Assembly (NCBI GenBank): GCA_026004395.1
Contig: BPJB01000001.1
Span: forward strand, 82,630-146,629
Source: Patescibacteria group bacterium
GTDB lineage: Bacteria > Patescibacteriota > Microgenomatia > Levybacterales > UBA12049
DNA length: 64,000 bases
Direction: 5' to 3'
Of the stretch, positions 27,692 to 36,905 are shown piece after piece. The stretch's first letter is position 1, and the number at the start of each line of letters is the position of its first letter. Under the pieces are notes generated by a model. The model was given only the letters and a program-made list of their open reading frames with translations. It made no database searches and was not told the origin of the DNA. A program made the translations under genes and the position numbers.

Positions 27692-28870
27692 ATGGCACGA
27701 AAAAGAATAAGTGAGTACAAAGCAAAAATGCTTCTTTTTGAAGCATTAGGTCTTCCCTATCAGGGAATACAGGTTAGAAATTCTGATCTATCTTTTTATA
27801 CTTCTCTAGATAATACCAAGACCTACGTTGTGAAGGTTGATCAAGGAGTGAAAAAACGATTTAAGCAGGGACTTATTCATTTAGATATTCACTCTGAAAT
27901 GCTTTTAGATTCAATAGAGGACTTGCGAAACAAAGGTTACTCTCAGTTTCTGATTGAACCATATTACAAGCACAAAGCAGAAGATGAGCGCTATCTTGCA
28001 CTAGAGCGAATCAGAGAAGGAATAGCCGTTTATGTCTCAAAAAAGGGAGGAATAGATATTGAAGAACAACAAAACTTTGTTCAACAATTTATTATTCCTC
28101 AAGATACCTATCAGGAAGTAGCCAAATATATTGGAATAGATGCCAAATTGGTTGAAAAAATTATAAAAGTAATGGATAAGTTCTATATCTCCTTTCTTGA
28201 GATAAACCCACTAGTTGTTAAAGAGAACAAGCTTTTATTTTTAGATCTTGCAGTTGAAGTAGACAGTGCAGGATCGTTTTTTGTAAAAGATGCGTGGAAT
28301 GAGAGAGATTTTATAGATTATGCTGTAGAGCATACAGTTGAGGAAGCGGTAGTTGAGGAATTATCCACTAGAAGTCAGGCTTCTTTTAAACTTGTCGTAC
28401 TTAATCCCAATGGATCTATTTTCATGCTTCTTTCTGGAGGTGGAGCAAGCATTGTCCTTGCTGATGAAGTATATAATCAAGGATTTGGAAAAGAACTTGC
28501 AAATTATGGAGAGTACAGCGGCAATCCCAATGCAGAGGAAACCTATATCTATACCAAACAGCTTTTGAGCTTATTATTAAAGTCAAAAGCACGAAACAAA
28601 ATTTTAATTATTGCCGGTGGAGTTGCTAATTTTACTGATATTCGAATTACATTTAGAGGTATTATTCAAGCGCTTACTGAGGTGAAGCATGAGCTTCAAA
28701 AACAAAATATTAAGGTGTATGTCAGGCGAGGCGGACCATATCAGGAGGAAGGACTTGCAATGATGAAAAGCTTTCTTGAAAAAGAAAAACTCCTTGGTGA
28801 CGTATCTGGACCCGAGATGGTACTAACCGATATCGTAGGAGAAGCTTTGCGCTTTCTAAAATCAGAATAG
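27692..28870 (+). CDS. aclB: ATP-citrate lyase small (beta) subunit, ATP-grasp/SucC-like
   Basis: Long identity blocks with the N-terminal half of human ACLY and Chlorobium AclB: FLIEPYYKH, ELANYGEYSGNPNAEETY, ILIIAGGVANFTDIRITFRGI, VYVRRGGPYQEEGL. Confidence 0.8.
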   Translation: MARKRISEYKAKMLLFEALGLPYQGIQVRNSDLSFYTSLDNTKTYVVKVDQGVKKRFKQGLIHLDIHSEMLLDSIEDLRNKGYSQFLIEPYYKHKAEDERYLALERIREGIAVYVSKKGGIDIEEQQNFVQQFIIPQDTYQEVAKYIGIDAKLVEKIIKVMDKFYISFLEINPLVVKENKLLFLDLAVEVDSAGSFFVKDAWNERDFIDYAVEHTVEEAVVEELSTRSQASFKLVVLNPNGSIFMLLSGGGASIVLADEVYNQGFGKELANYGEYSGNPNAEETYIYTKQLLSLLLKSKARNKILIIAGGVANFTDIRITFRGIIQALTEVKHELQKQNIKVYVRRGGPYQEEGLAMMKSFLEKEKLLGDVSGPEMVLTDIVGEALRFLKSE

Positions 28871-28909
28871 TTTAAATTTTAAAAATCAAATATTTAAGAG
28901 ATTTAAATT

Positions 28910-30703
28910 ATGTTTAACTTGGAAAAATTAAAACAAATACATCCCAGCATTATTGTTATTGGTAGTCATCCAGCAATTATTCAATCAATGTTGGATTTTG
29001 ACTATCTTTCAGGCAAAACTGATCCTAGTGTAAAAGCTATTCTTGCTGGTAATCGGAGATTTGAAAGATATTTTTTTGGTAAAAAAGAACTACTTATTCC
29101 AGTTTTCCCTACTCTTTCTGATATCCCTCAGTCAATTTTGGAGAGTATAACTTATTTTTTTAACACAACTTCAGGAAGAAGAGTTTTTGAATCAACACAG
29201 GAGGCACTTCAACTCTTACCCAATCTTTTAGGAGGGGTAATTTTTGCAGAAAATGTACCCGAGATTCATGCTTTAAAACTGTTTAATCTCAAAGAGAAAT
29301 CTAAAAAATTTTTTATTATTGGTCCCTCAAGTGTGGGATTGCTTATTCCTTCCTATCTTAAATTAGGTGCGATTGGAGGTGTTGATTATAGACAGCTTAT
29401 TGCATCTGAGGTCTTCACATCAGGCAATGTTGCCATTTTCTCAGCATCAGGAGGAATGACAAATGAGATTATCCGGATTGTTACTCAACAAGGAAAGAGG
29501 TTAAGTTTTGCTCTTGCGTTTGGTGGTGATCGCTTCCCTATTTTAACACCCAAAGATGCATTCTTAGCGGCAGAGGATGATAGCCAAACAGAGGCTATAC
29601 TCTATTTTGGTGAGATTGGTGGAACAGATGAATATGATCTTGCGAAGCTGCTACAGGAGAGAAAAGTAACAAAACAAGTAATTTGTTATATAGGAGGAAC
29701 AGTGGCAGAACTTTTTAAGACTCCTCTCCAATTCGGCCATGCAAAGGCAATGGCAAAAAAGGGCGAAGAGACAGCAAGAGCGAAAAGAGATGCACTCAGA
29801 AATGCAGGTGCCAGTGTGGCAGAGTCATTTTCAGAGTTTGTCAATATGATAAAATCACTTCCATCTGTTTCCAATAAACCAAGGAAAAACTATACTATCT
29901 ATATGAATGATTTAAAAGATCGACGCAGTGCATTAATTACAACAAGTATTTCTTACGATAAAGAAGGTAATCTATTAATTTTAGGTGAGGATCTTTTGGA
30001 ATTCACTAAATCACACTCATTTGCTAGCATTGTCGCTTGTCTTTTCTTAGGTAAGAAGGAGATTTCAACTGATCTTGAAGAATTCGTAGACTTTACTTTG
30101 AGAATTCTTGTGGACCATGGTCCATATGTTGCAGGAGCAGTAAATACAATTATTACGGCTCGATCTGGGCGTGATCTTGTTTCCAGTCTTGCCTCAGGAC
30201 TCTTAACTATTGGTCCACGTTTTGGAGGAGCTATTAATCAAGCAGCTGCCAATTGGTTAAGAGGAGTGAGAGATAATATTGCTCCATATGATTTTGTCGA
30301 AGAATTTGCAAGAAGTAGAGAATATATTGCAGGGATTGGACATAGAAAATATAGAGTTGATCTACCGGATCCACGTGTTGAGGAGATTATGAAATTTGTC
30401 AAAAGAGTTGATGATCAACGTTTTACAAATTATGCAAAAGCAGTTGAGGAGATTACAGTTGCAAAAAAGGGGAATTTAATTTTGAATATTGATGGAGCAA
30501 TTGCTGCAGTATTATTGGATATCCTCAAGGAGAAAGAAGAGATGACGTATGACAGCCTACAAAGACTTATTGATAATGAATTTTTTAATGCACTTTTCGT
30601 TCTTTCAAGAAGTGTAGGATTTATTGCCCATTTTCTTGATCAGAAACGTTTAGATCAAGGACTTTTTCGACTGGATGAAGAAGATGTAGCGTACGTAAAA
30701 TAA
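28910..30703 (+). CDS. aclA: ATP-citrate lyase large (alpha) subunit (CoA-binding/SucD-like plus citryl-CoA lyase domain)
   Basis: Matches the ACLY C-terminal half: MLDFDY, ELLIPVF, SASGGMTNEI, GGDRFP, YFGEIGGTDEY, LQFGHAKA (phospho-His loop), VDHGPYVAGAVNTIITARSGRDLVSSLASGLLTIGPRFGGA, GIGHRKYRVDLPDPRV, SRSVGFIAHFLDQKRLDQGLFR. Confidence 0.8.
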   Translation: MFNLEKLKQIHPSIIVIGSHPAIIQSMLDFDYLSGKTDPSVKAILAGNRRFERYFFGKKELLIPVFPTLSDIPQSILESITYFFNTTSGRRVFESTQEALQLLPNLLGGVIFAENVPEIHALKLFNLKEKSKKFFIIGPSSVGLLIPSYLKLGAIGGVDYRQLIASEVFTSGNVAIFSASGGMTNEIIRIVTQQGKRLSFALAFGGDRFPILTPKDAFLAAEDDSQTEAILYFGEIGGTDEYDLAKLLQERKVTKQVICYIGGTVAELFKTPLQFGHAKAMAKKGEETARAKRDALRNAGASVAESFSEFVNMIKSLPSVSNKPRKNYTIYMNDLKDRRSALITTSISYDKEGNLLILGEDLLEFTKSHSFASIVACLFLGKKEISTDLEEFVDFTLRILVDHGPYVAGAVNTIITARSGRDLVSSLASGLLTIGPRFGGAINQAAANWLRGVRDNIAPYDFVEEFARSREYIAGIGHRKYRVDLPDPRVEEIMKFVKRVDDQRFTNYAKAVEEITVAKKGNLILNIDGAIAAVLLDILKEKEEMTYDSLQRLIDNEFFNALFVLSRSVGFIAHFLDQKRLDQGLFRLDEEDVAYVK

Positions 30704-30732
30704 AGTTGTAGCTTGTTGGTAAGACTAAAATT

Positions 30733-31176
30733 TTAATAGATAAAGGGAATAAATCTCTTTGTTTTTTTCTGATAATCTGCGTATTCCTTCTTAAAATGCT
30801 TAAGAAGCAGTTGTTCTTCGTAGATAGTTTTTATCATTAAATCAATCGCAAGTATGATACTGGCAACAAAACGAAGCCAAGTGAATTCATTAAGAAGAAG
30901 CCCAAGAGCAATAATAAGAACGGCTGTATACATGGGATGCCTAATAAATGAGTAGGGTCCATTAGTGACGAGAACGCTTCCTGGTGCAACATCAGGAGTT
31001 ATTTGGAATGTTGATACTCGCATAGTCCATAAAGCCCAAAGCCCAAGAATAATTCCTAAAAGTTCAAGCGCCCCAATTATTATATTTCTAGGTGCAACTG
31101 GTCCGCTGAGAAAAAGATAAATGAGCATGAGTGCTTGAGTAAAAACAAGAAGAAGTGATTTGGGATTACGTGACAT
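30733..31176 (-). CDS. isoprenylcysteine carboxyl methyltransferase (ICMT)/phospholipid methyltransferase-family membrane protein
   Basis: Four TM helices and a GPYSFIRHPMY motif typical of the ICMT/PEMT family. Confidence 0.7.
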   Translation of the reverse strand: MSRNPKSLLLVFTQALMLIYLFLSGPVAPRNIIIGALELLGIILGLWALWTMRVSTFQITPDVAPGSVLVTNGPYSFIRHPMYTAVLIIALGLLLNEFTWLRFVASIILAIDLMIKTIYEEQLLLKHFKKEYADYQKKTKRFIPFIY

Positions 31177-31379
31177 ATATTTTTATTATGAGCCTCTCTT
31201 TTCATAATTGCAAGCAATTAAGTAAAAACTGCTTCATTTGTGAGATTAAATTATTTTACATGAGAAGAATATATTAAACTCTTTGAAAAAAACTTGTTTT
31301 AATTATTCAAAATACTTCATCATGGGAAGAAAATAAATCTCTAGTTGCAAATCTAGGCAAACTGTTATATAACTCATCC

Positions 31380-32033
31380 ATGAAAAATATTGTTGGTGTT
31401 TTTGCTCATCCTGATGATGAAGCGCTCGGACCGTCGGGAACTATCGCCAAATTCGCCAAAAAACACAATGTTTATCTTATTTGTGTTACATTAGGTGAAG
31501 CAAGTGGGAAAACAGAAGAAGAAAAGTTAAAGATTGGAGAAATACGCAGAGCTGAGTTGATGCAGTCAGCAAAGATTTTAGGAGTAAAAGAAGTCTTTTT
31601 CTTAGGATATCAAGATGGAGAACTTAAAAATAATCTCTACCACAGATTAGCAAATGACATTCAAAGACATCTGGAAGACTTAAGACCGGAAGTGCTTGTT
31701 ACCTTTGAGCCAAGGGGTGTCTCTGGACACATTGATCATATAGTTGTTTCTCTTGTGACGACTTATGTTTATTATAAGTTACCCTTTATCAAGAAATTGA
31801 TGTATTATTGTATTAGTAAAAAAGAACGTGAACAGATAGGTGAATATTTCATCTACTTTCCTCCAGGTTATTCGCGAGATGAAATTGATGCGATAATTGA
31901 TGTCGCGGCTTACTGGGAAATAAAGAAAAAAGCAATGTATGCCCATCAATCACAAATACAAGACGTTCGTCGAGTAATGAAAAATAAAGAAAAACTTCCC
32001 AAAGAAGAGTGTTTTTTGATTCTGAAGAAGTAA
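31380..32033 (+). CDS. PIG-L/LmbE-family N-acetylglucosaminyl deacetylase
   Basis: N-terminal FAHPDDEALG zinc-binding motif and downstream HIDH. Confidence 0.8.
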   Translation: MKNIVGVFAHPDDEALGPSGTIAKFAKKHNVYLICVTLGEASGKTEEEKLKIGEIRRAELMQSAKILGVKEVFFLGYQDGELKNNLYHRLANDIQRHLEDLRPEVLVTFEPRGVSGHIDHIVVSLVTTYVYYKLPFIKKLMYYCISKKEREQIGEYFIYFPPGYSRDEIDAIIDVAAYWEIKKKAMYAHQSQIQDVRRVMKNKEKLPKEECFLILKK

Positions 32034-32080
32034 AAACTTTATCTAAATCGCGTTTTCTCTCATCTTGATATAATACTCCT

Positions 32081-33175
32081 ATGCGCTATGTATTAATTTT
32101 TTTTAGTGTTATTGTGTTATTAGGAATTTTATCATTTATCCTTCTTCTAAAGGTGAAACAAAAAATAGACTCAACTCTCTCTGCCCCTCTACCCCATTCT
32201 CAGATATCAGTTACACCCCCCACAAAGTTGCATCAAATTTCTGAGACGAATTCAATATTATTTGTTCCTTACTGGGTAGACGGCATTGATGTAGAAAAAT
32301 TAGAATCATATAACACATTAGTGTATTTTGGTGTTGCTGCATCTGAACAGGGGATAGATAAGCAGGATGATGGATATAAAAACCTTTCTACTTTTCTGAA
32401 GAGCACAAATGGCAAACAGTCGTATTTAACTATAAGAATGCTTGAGAGTAAAAGCAATTTTGTGATTCTCAAAGATGAAAGATTGCAAGATACTCTTATC
32501 GCAGAATCTGTTAAGTTAGCAAAAGAGAATGGATTTAAAGGAATTCTTCTTAATATAGAGTTATCTGCTCTGCCTTTTACATCTTTGGTGGATCAAATTA
32601 CGCAGTTTAATAAAAAGTTTTATACAGAATCAAAGAAATATGGACTATCTTATGGTATTACCGCATACGGAGACACTTTCTATAGAGTAAGACCATTTGA
32701 TATTCCTGCTCTTGCTAAAGATGTAGATCACATGTATCTTATGGCATATGATTTTCATAAGTCTAAAGGTAATCCAGGTCCTAATTTCCCACTTCAAGGA
32801 AGAACAACTTATGGCTATGATCTTCAGACAATGATAGAAAGATTTTTAGAATATATCCCTCACAATAAGATTGTCGTAGTATTTGGTTTGTACGGCTATG
32901 ATTGGAAGGTTGATGAAAATAATATTGCTCAGGATATTGGTGAACCCAAATCATTAATTGAGATTAAGAATAATCTTATTGATAGTTGTAATCAATTATC
33001 TTGTGAATGGAGAAGGGATCCTTTATCATCAGAAACAGAAGTAAAATATATTGCTAGAGATCATACAAAACACATTGTTTGGTTTGAAGACATGGAGTCA
33101 GTTAAAAGAAAACAATCATTGTTAAAACAGAAAGGAATCAGTTCTTTTGCTTTTTGGGCTTATTCCTATTTTTAA
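32081..33175 (+). CDS. membrane-anchored glycoside hydrolase family 18-like domain protein with divergent active-site motif
   Basis: N-terminal TM helix. GH18-like blocks (YFGVAAS; GFKGILLNIE in place of DGxDxDWE; MYLMAYDFH resembling the GH18 YDFHG motif). The catalytic Glu position is retained but both Asp are replaced. Confidence 0.45.
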   Translation: MRYVLIFFSVIVLLGILSFILLLKVKQKIDSTLSAPLPHSQISVTPPTKLHQISETNSILFVPYWVDGIDVEKLESYNTLVYFGVAASEQGIDKQDDGYKNLSTFLKSTNGKQSYLTIRMLESKSNFVILKDERLQDTLIAESVKLAKENGFKGILLNIELSALPFTSLVDQITQFNKKFYTESKKYGLSYGITAYGDTFYRVRPFDIPALAKDVDHMYLMAYDFHKSKGNPGPNFPLQGRTTYGYDLQTMIERFLEYIPHNKIVVVFGLYGYDWKVDENNIAQDIGEPKSLIEIKNNLIDSCNQLSCEWRRDPLSSETEVKYIARDHTKHIVWFEDMESVKRKQSLLKQKGISSFAFWAYSYF

Positions 33176-33248
33176 AATCATAGTACTGATTCATACACTT
33201 TTCTTAAAATAAGCTCATTATTTTCTAATATTTACCCATTTTAGGGTA

Positions 33249-33277
33249 TTGACGATCTTTCGAAAATAGTGTATTAT
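33249..33277 (+). promoter_or_regulatory. sigma70-like promoter for the tuf-S10 operon (TTGACG-17 bp-TATTAT)
   Basis: TTGACG at 33249-33254 and TATTAT at 33272-33277, about 55 nt upstream of the tuf ATG. Confidence 0.5.
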
Positions 33278-33332
33278 ACAAACAATCTCATTGGACTAAT
33301 GAGATAATTTTTTTCTGAGAGTAACTTAAAAT

Positions 33333-34511
33333 ATGGCAACATTTCAAAGAACTAAACCACATGTAAATATAGGAACCATTGGTCACGTAGATCATGGTAA
33401 GACAACAACAACAGCAGCAATTACTACTGTGCTTGCAAAGAAAGGCTTAGCACAAGCCAAAAAATATGAAGATATTGATAATGCTCCTGAAGAAAGAGCT
33501 CGTGGAGTTACCATCAATATTTCCCACCAAGAATATGAGACAGAAAAAAGACACTATGCTCATATTGACGCTCCAGGACATGCAGATTACATCAAAAACA
33601 TGATCACCGGTGCGGCTCAGATGGATGGAGCAATCCTCGTCGTTTCCGCTCCAGATGGTCCTATGCCTCAAACAAGAGAGCATATCCTTCTTGCTCGTCA
33701 GGTAGGTGTTCCAGCAATTGTAGTGTATCTTAATAAATGTGATATGGTACAAGATGAAGAATTACTTGATCTTGTCGAGATGGAAGTTAGAGAACTTCTT
33801 AACAAATATCAATATCCCGGTGATGAAGTACCAATTATTCGTGGATCCTCACTTAAAGCATTGGAGGGAGATCCAGTATATGAAGCAAAGATTGAAGAGT
33901 TGATGAAAGCAGTTGATGAGTATATTCCAACTCCAACTCGTGATCTTGATAAACCATTCCTGATGCCAATTGAAGATGTTTTCTCAATTAAAGGACGAGG
34001 AACAGTTGTTACCGGAAGAATTGAGAGGGGTGTTGTCAAAGTCAATGATACTGTCGAAATAGTTGGAATTCGTCCAACCAAATCTACTGTTGTAACAGGA
34101 GTTGAGATGTTTAAGAAACAGCTTGATGAGGGTCAAGCAGGAGATAATGTTGGTCTTCTTCTTCGTGGAATTGAAAAAGACGATGTTGAAAGAGGTCAAG
34201 TATTAGCCAAACCAGGATCCATCACTCCTCATACAGAATTCGAAGCAGAGGTATATATTCTTACAAAAGAAGAAGGTGGAAGACACACACCATTCTTTAA
34301 AGGATATCGTCCACAATTTTATATTAGAACAACAGACGTTACAGGAGAAGTTATACTTCCTGAAGGTGTTGAGATGGTAATGCCAGGAGATAACACTAAA
34401 ATGACAGTCAAGCTTATCGTACCGGTAGCACTTGAAGAAGGACTGAGATTCGCCATCCGAGAGGGTGGACGAACAGTTGGAGCAGGTGTTATCACAAAGA
34501 TAATAAAATAA
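33333..34511 (+). CDS. tuf: elongation factor Tu
   Basis: [26 protein letters not shown] and NKCD GTPase motifs. Confidence 0.97.
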   Translation: MATFQRTKPHVNIGTIGHVDHGKTTTTAAITTVLAKKGLAQAKKYEDIDNAPEERARGVTINISHQEYETEKRHYAHIDAPGHADYIKNMITGAAQMDGAILVVSAPDGPMPQTREHILLARQVGVPAIVVYLNKCDMVQDEELLDLVEMEVRELLNKYQYPGDEVPIIRGSSLKALEGDPVYEAKIEELMKAVDEYIPTPTRDLDKPFLMPIEDVFSIKGRGTVVTGRIERGVVKVNDTVEIVGIRPTKSTVVTGVEMFKKQLDEGQAGDNVGLLLRGIEKDDVERGQVLAKPGSITPHTEFEAEVYILTKEEGGRHTPFFKGYRPQFYIRTTDVTGEVILPEGVEMVMPGDNTKMTVKLIVPVALEEGLRFAIREGGRTVGAGVITKIIK

Positions 34512-34541
34512 TTTGCACATTAACTGTCTGATAGGAGTTAT

Positions 34542-34850
34542 ATGCCAAAAGGAAGAATACGCGTACGACTGAAAAGTTATGACGCAAGAGTTATTGATGC
34601 TACGTGTCAACAAATTTTAGATACGGCGATTAGAACCGGAGCTAAAATAGTGGGACCAGTTCCTCTTCCAACTCAAAGAAGTGTTTACACAGTTACAAAA
34701 TCTCCTTTTATTGATAAGAATGCACGAGATCATTTTGAGATAAAGGTTCATAAACGGTTGATTGACATCATATCTCCTACAGACAAGACAATAGATAGCT
34801 TGACACATTTAGAATTACCAGCAGGTGTTGATATTGAAATTAAAATGTAA
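34542..34850 (+). CDS. rpsJ: 30S ribosomal protein S10
   Basis: RIRVRLKSYDARVIDATCQQI matches S10. GGAG Shine-Dalgarno upstream. Confidence 0.95.
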   Translation: MPKGRIRVRLKSYDARVIDATCQQILDTAIRTGAKIVGPVPLPTQRSVYTVTKSPFIDKNARDHFEIKVHKRLIDIISPTDKTIDSLTHLELPAGVDIEIKM

Positions 34851-34851
34851 T

Positions 34852-34982
34852 GTAGGCGATGCCTACCAAAGATTGCATGCCCAAAACAAAATATTTAAAA
34901 TATATGGTATAATATAAAGCCTATTGAGGCTCACAATTGAATGTGAAGAGTATAGGTAGCCTACTAGGCTATCTTTTTTTTG
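34852..34982 (+). promoter_or_regulatory. S10-L3 spacer with two hairpins, the second followed by a T8 tract (attenuator/terminator-like)
   Basis: GTAGGC-GAT-GCCTAC at 34852-34866. TAGCCT-ACT-AGGCTA at 34957-34971, followed by TCTTTTTTTTG and then A8 before the rplC ATG. Confidence 0.35.
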
Positions 34983-34989
34983 AAAAAAA

Positions 34990-35802
34990 ATGAACACAAT
35001 ATTAGGAAGAAAAATACAACAGACACAAGGATTTCTTGAAAACGGAAGTCGCATTCCGATTACAGTTATTGCTGCAGAGGATAGTCCCGTTATTGGGGTG
35101 AAAACGCTTGAGAAAGATGGTTATGCGGCACTACAAGTAGGGTTTGGCGTGAAAAAGAAGCCTTCTAAGGCTCTGCTTGGACAAGTCAAGAAAGCTAATC
35201 TCACGTATGTTCCGCGCATTATTCGTGAGATTAGAATAGAAGGGGAAATTCCTATTCAGCCTGGTGAGAGTATAAAAGTCGAAGAAGTTCTCAAACCAGG
35301 CGATATTGTATCTGTTACAGGAATTTCAAAAGGAAAGGGATTCGCTGGTGTAGTTAAACGCTACCATTTTAAAGGAGGACCACGAACACATGGTCAGTCG
35401 GATCGTGAACGCGCACCAGGATCGATTGGTCAGACTACTACTCCCGGGCGCGTTTATAAAGGTAAGAGAATGGCTGGGAATATGGGACGCGATCAAGTGA
35501 CAATTCATAATCTTCTTGTTGTTGATGTTGATCCGGTAGCTAAAACTATTTTCTTGAAAGGTCTTGTTCCTGGGAGTATAGGAAGCATACTTACATTGAC
35601 TAAAACAGGTGAGATAGCAAGTAAAAAGTTCGTGCCTCTTTTCAAGAGATCCTCGTATAAGGAAGAGCAAAAGGGAGAAACTTTACAACAGGCGGAAGAA
35701 CAAGCAACGGATGACTCAACAAGCAATCAAACAGATAAAAACACCCAAGAAGTATCTGCAAATGAGGTTGATGAGAAGAAGGAGGAGATGACAAATGCCT
35801 AG
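34990..35802 (+). CDS. rplC: 50S ribosomal protein L3 with ~60-aa acidic/Lys-rich C-terminal extension
   Basis: L3 core conserved (GKGFAGVVKRYHFKGGPRTHGQS). C-terminal tail EEQKGETLQQAEEQATDDSTSNQTDKNTQEV... Confidence 0.95.
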   Translation: MNTILGRKIQQTQGFLENGSRIPITVIAAEDSPVIGVKTLEKDGYAALQVGFGVKKKPSKALLGQVKKANLTYVPRIIREIRIEGEIPIQPGESIKVEEVLKPGDIVSVTGISKGKGFAGVVKRYHFKGGPRTHGQSDRERAPGSIGQTTTPGRVYKGKRMAGNMGRDQVTIHNLLVVDVDPVAKTIFLKGLVPGSIGSILTLTKTGEIASKKFVPLFKRSSYKEEQKGETLQQAEEQATDDSTSNQTDKNTQEVSANEVDEKKEEMTNA

Positions 35803-36568
35803 AACAAAAAAAGTTGCTGCTCAACATGAGGAAAGAAAATCCTCAAATACAAAGCTAACACAAAAATCTACGGTAACAGAAAAAACAATAGAAAAGGATC
35901 AATCAGTAGTAAAGGCTAAACAACAGATACCATTAACAATGGACGTACTTGATCTTAAGGGTAATATTGTGGGTTCCTTATCGCTTCCTGAGGAGATTTT
36001 TGCAGCTAAGGTTAATAAGACTCTTATGGCGCAAGCGGTACGAGTCTATCTGGCAAACCAACGTCTAGGAACACTTTCTACCAAATCTAGAGGTGAGGTT
36101 GTTGGATCAACACGAAAGATTTATCGACAAAAAGGAACAGGTAGAGCAAGACATGGTGGTATACGCGCACCTATTTTTGTTGGAGGAGGAGTTGCTCATG
36201 GGCCAAAACCACGAGATTTTAGTCTCTCTCTCCCTCAAAAAATGAAAAGAGCAGCGCTTTTCTCTGCATTAACTCTTCAAAGGTTGGAGGGTAATATGAA
36301 AGTTATTGCTGGACTTGAAAGTCTTGAACCAAAAACAAAAGCTTTTGCACAAGTTCTTAAAAATCTCTCTCTTGCTAAAAAGAAAAAAAAGATTCTTCTT
36401 GTTTTGCCTGAAAAGATAGAAAATATACAAAAAGCTGCGCGCAATATTGAAGGCGTAACTTATGTTTTAGCTAATCAACTTAATACATACGATGTTTTGA
36501 ATGCTGGGACATTACTTTTTATGAAGGATACAATATCCAAGATACAAGAAATCTTTAAAAAGGAGTAA
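35795..36568 (+). CDS. rplD: 50S ribosomal protein L4 with ~50-aa N-terminal extension
   Basis: L4 core (KGTGRARHGGIRAPIFVGGGVAHGPKPRDF). Overlaps rplC by 8 nt. Confidence 0.95.
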   Translation: MPRTKKVAAQHEERKSSNTKLTQKSTVTEKTIEKDQSVVKAKQQIPLTMDVLDLKGNIVGSLSLPEEIFAAKVNKTLMAQAVRVYLANQRLGTLSTKSRGEVVGSTRKIYRQKGTGRARHGGIRAPIFVGGGVAHGPKPRDFSLSLPQKMKRAALFSALTLQRLEGNMKVIAGLESLEPKTKAFAQVLKNLSLAKKKKKILLVLPEKIENIQKAARNIEGVTYVLANQLNTYDVLNAGTLLFMKDTISKIQEIFKKE

Positions 36569-36570
36569 AT

Positions 36571-36864
36571 ATGGATATTTTTGATATTATTAAACGTCCA
36601 TTAATTACTGAAAGATCATTAGAAGAAGCGAAAAAAAATCGTTTTTCATTCCTAGTAGATGTATCAGCAACCAAAGAGCAAATTAAAAAAGCTATTGAGG
36701 AGATTTTTAAGGTGGATGTTGTGTCTGTGGATACTCGTATCCAAAAAGGAAGAACTCAGAGAGTTGGCATAAGACGAACAGTGCGCAAGCTAACTCCAAC
36801 CAAAAAAGCAGTTGTTACTTTGAAGGAAGGACAAAAGATTGACATTTTTGATTTGGGAGTTTAA
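36571..36864 (+). CDS. rplW: 50S ribosomal protein L23
   Basis: IKRPLITERS...FLVDVSATKEQIKKAIEEIF is typical of L23. Confidence 0.93.
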   Translation: MDIFDIIKRPLITERSLEEAKKNRFSFLVDVSATKEQIKKAIEEIFKVDVVSVDTRIQKGRTQRVGIRRTVRKLTPTKKAVVTLKEGQKIDIFDLGV

Positions 36865-36905
36865 GATTAACCACCCAAATCTCTTGAATTTGAGGTAAAA
36901 TATAT

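Noticed and set aside
33447-34613. Several 60-140 aa ORFs in the six-frame track antisense to or out of frame with tuf, rplB, rpsS, rpsE, rplO, infA, rpsM and rpsD (for example 33447-33752 -, 34203-34613 -, 37206-37514 -, 42597-42986 -, 43081-43488 -)
   Set aside because: They lie entirely inside highly conserved ribosomal/translation genes whose identity is unambiguous. They have atypical composition (Cys/Ser/Phe-rich) and are by-products of AT-rich sense strands.
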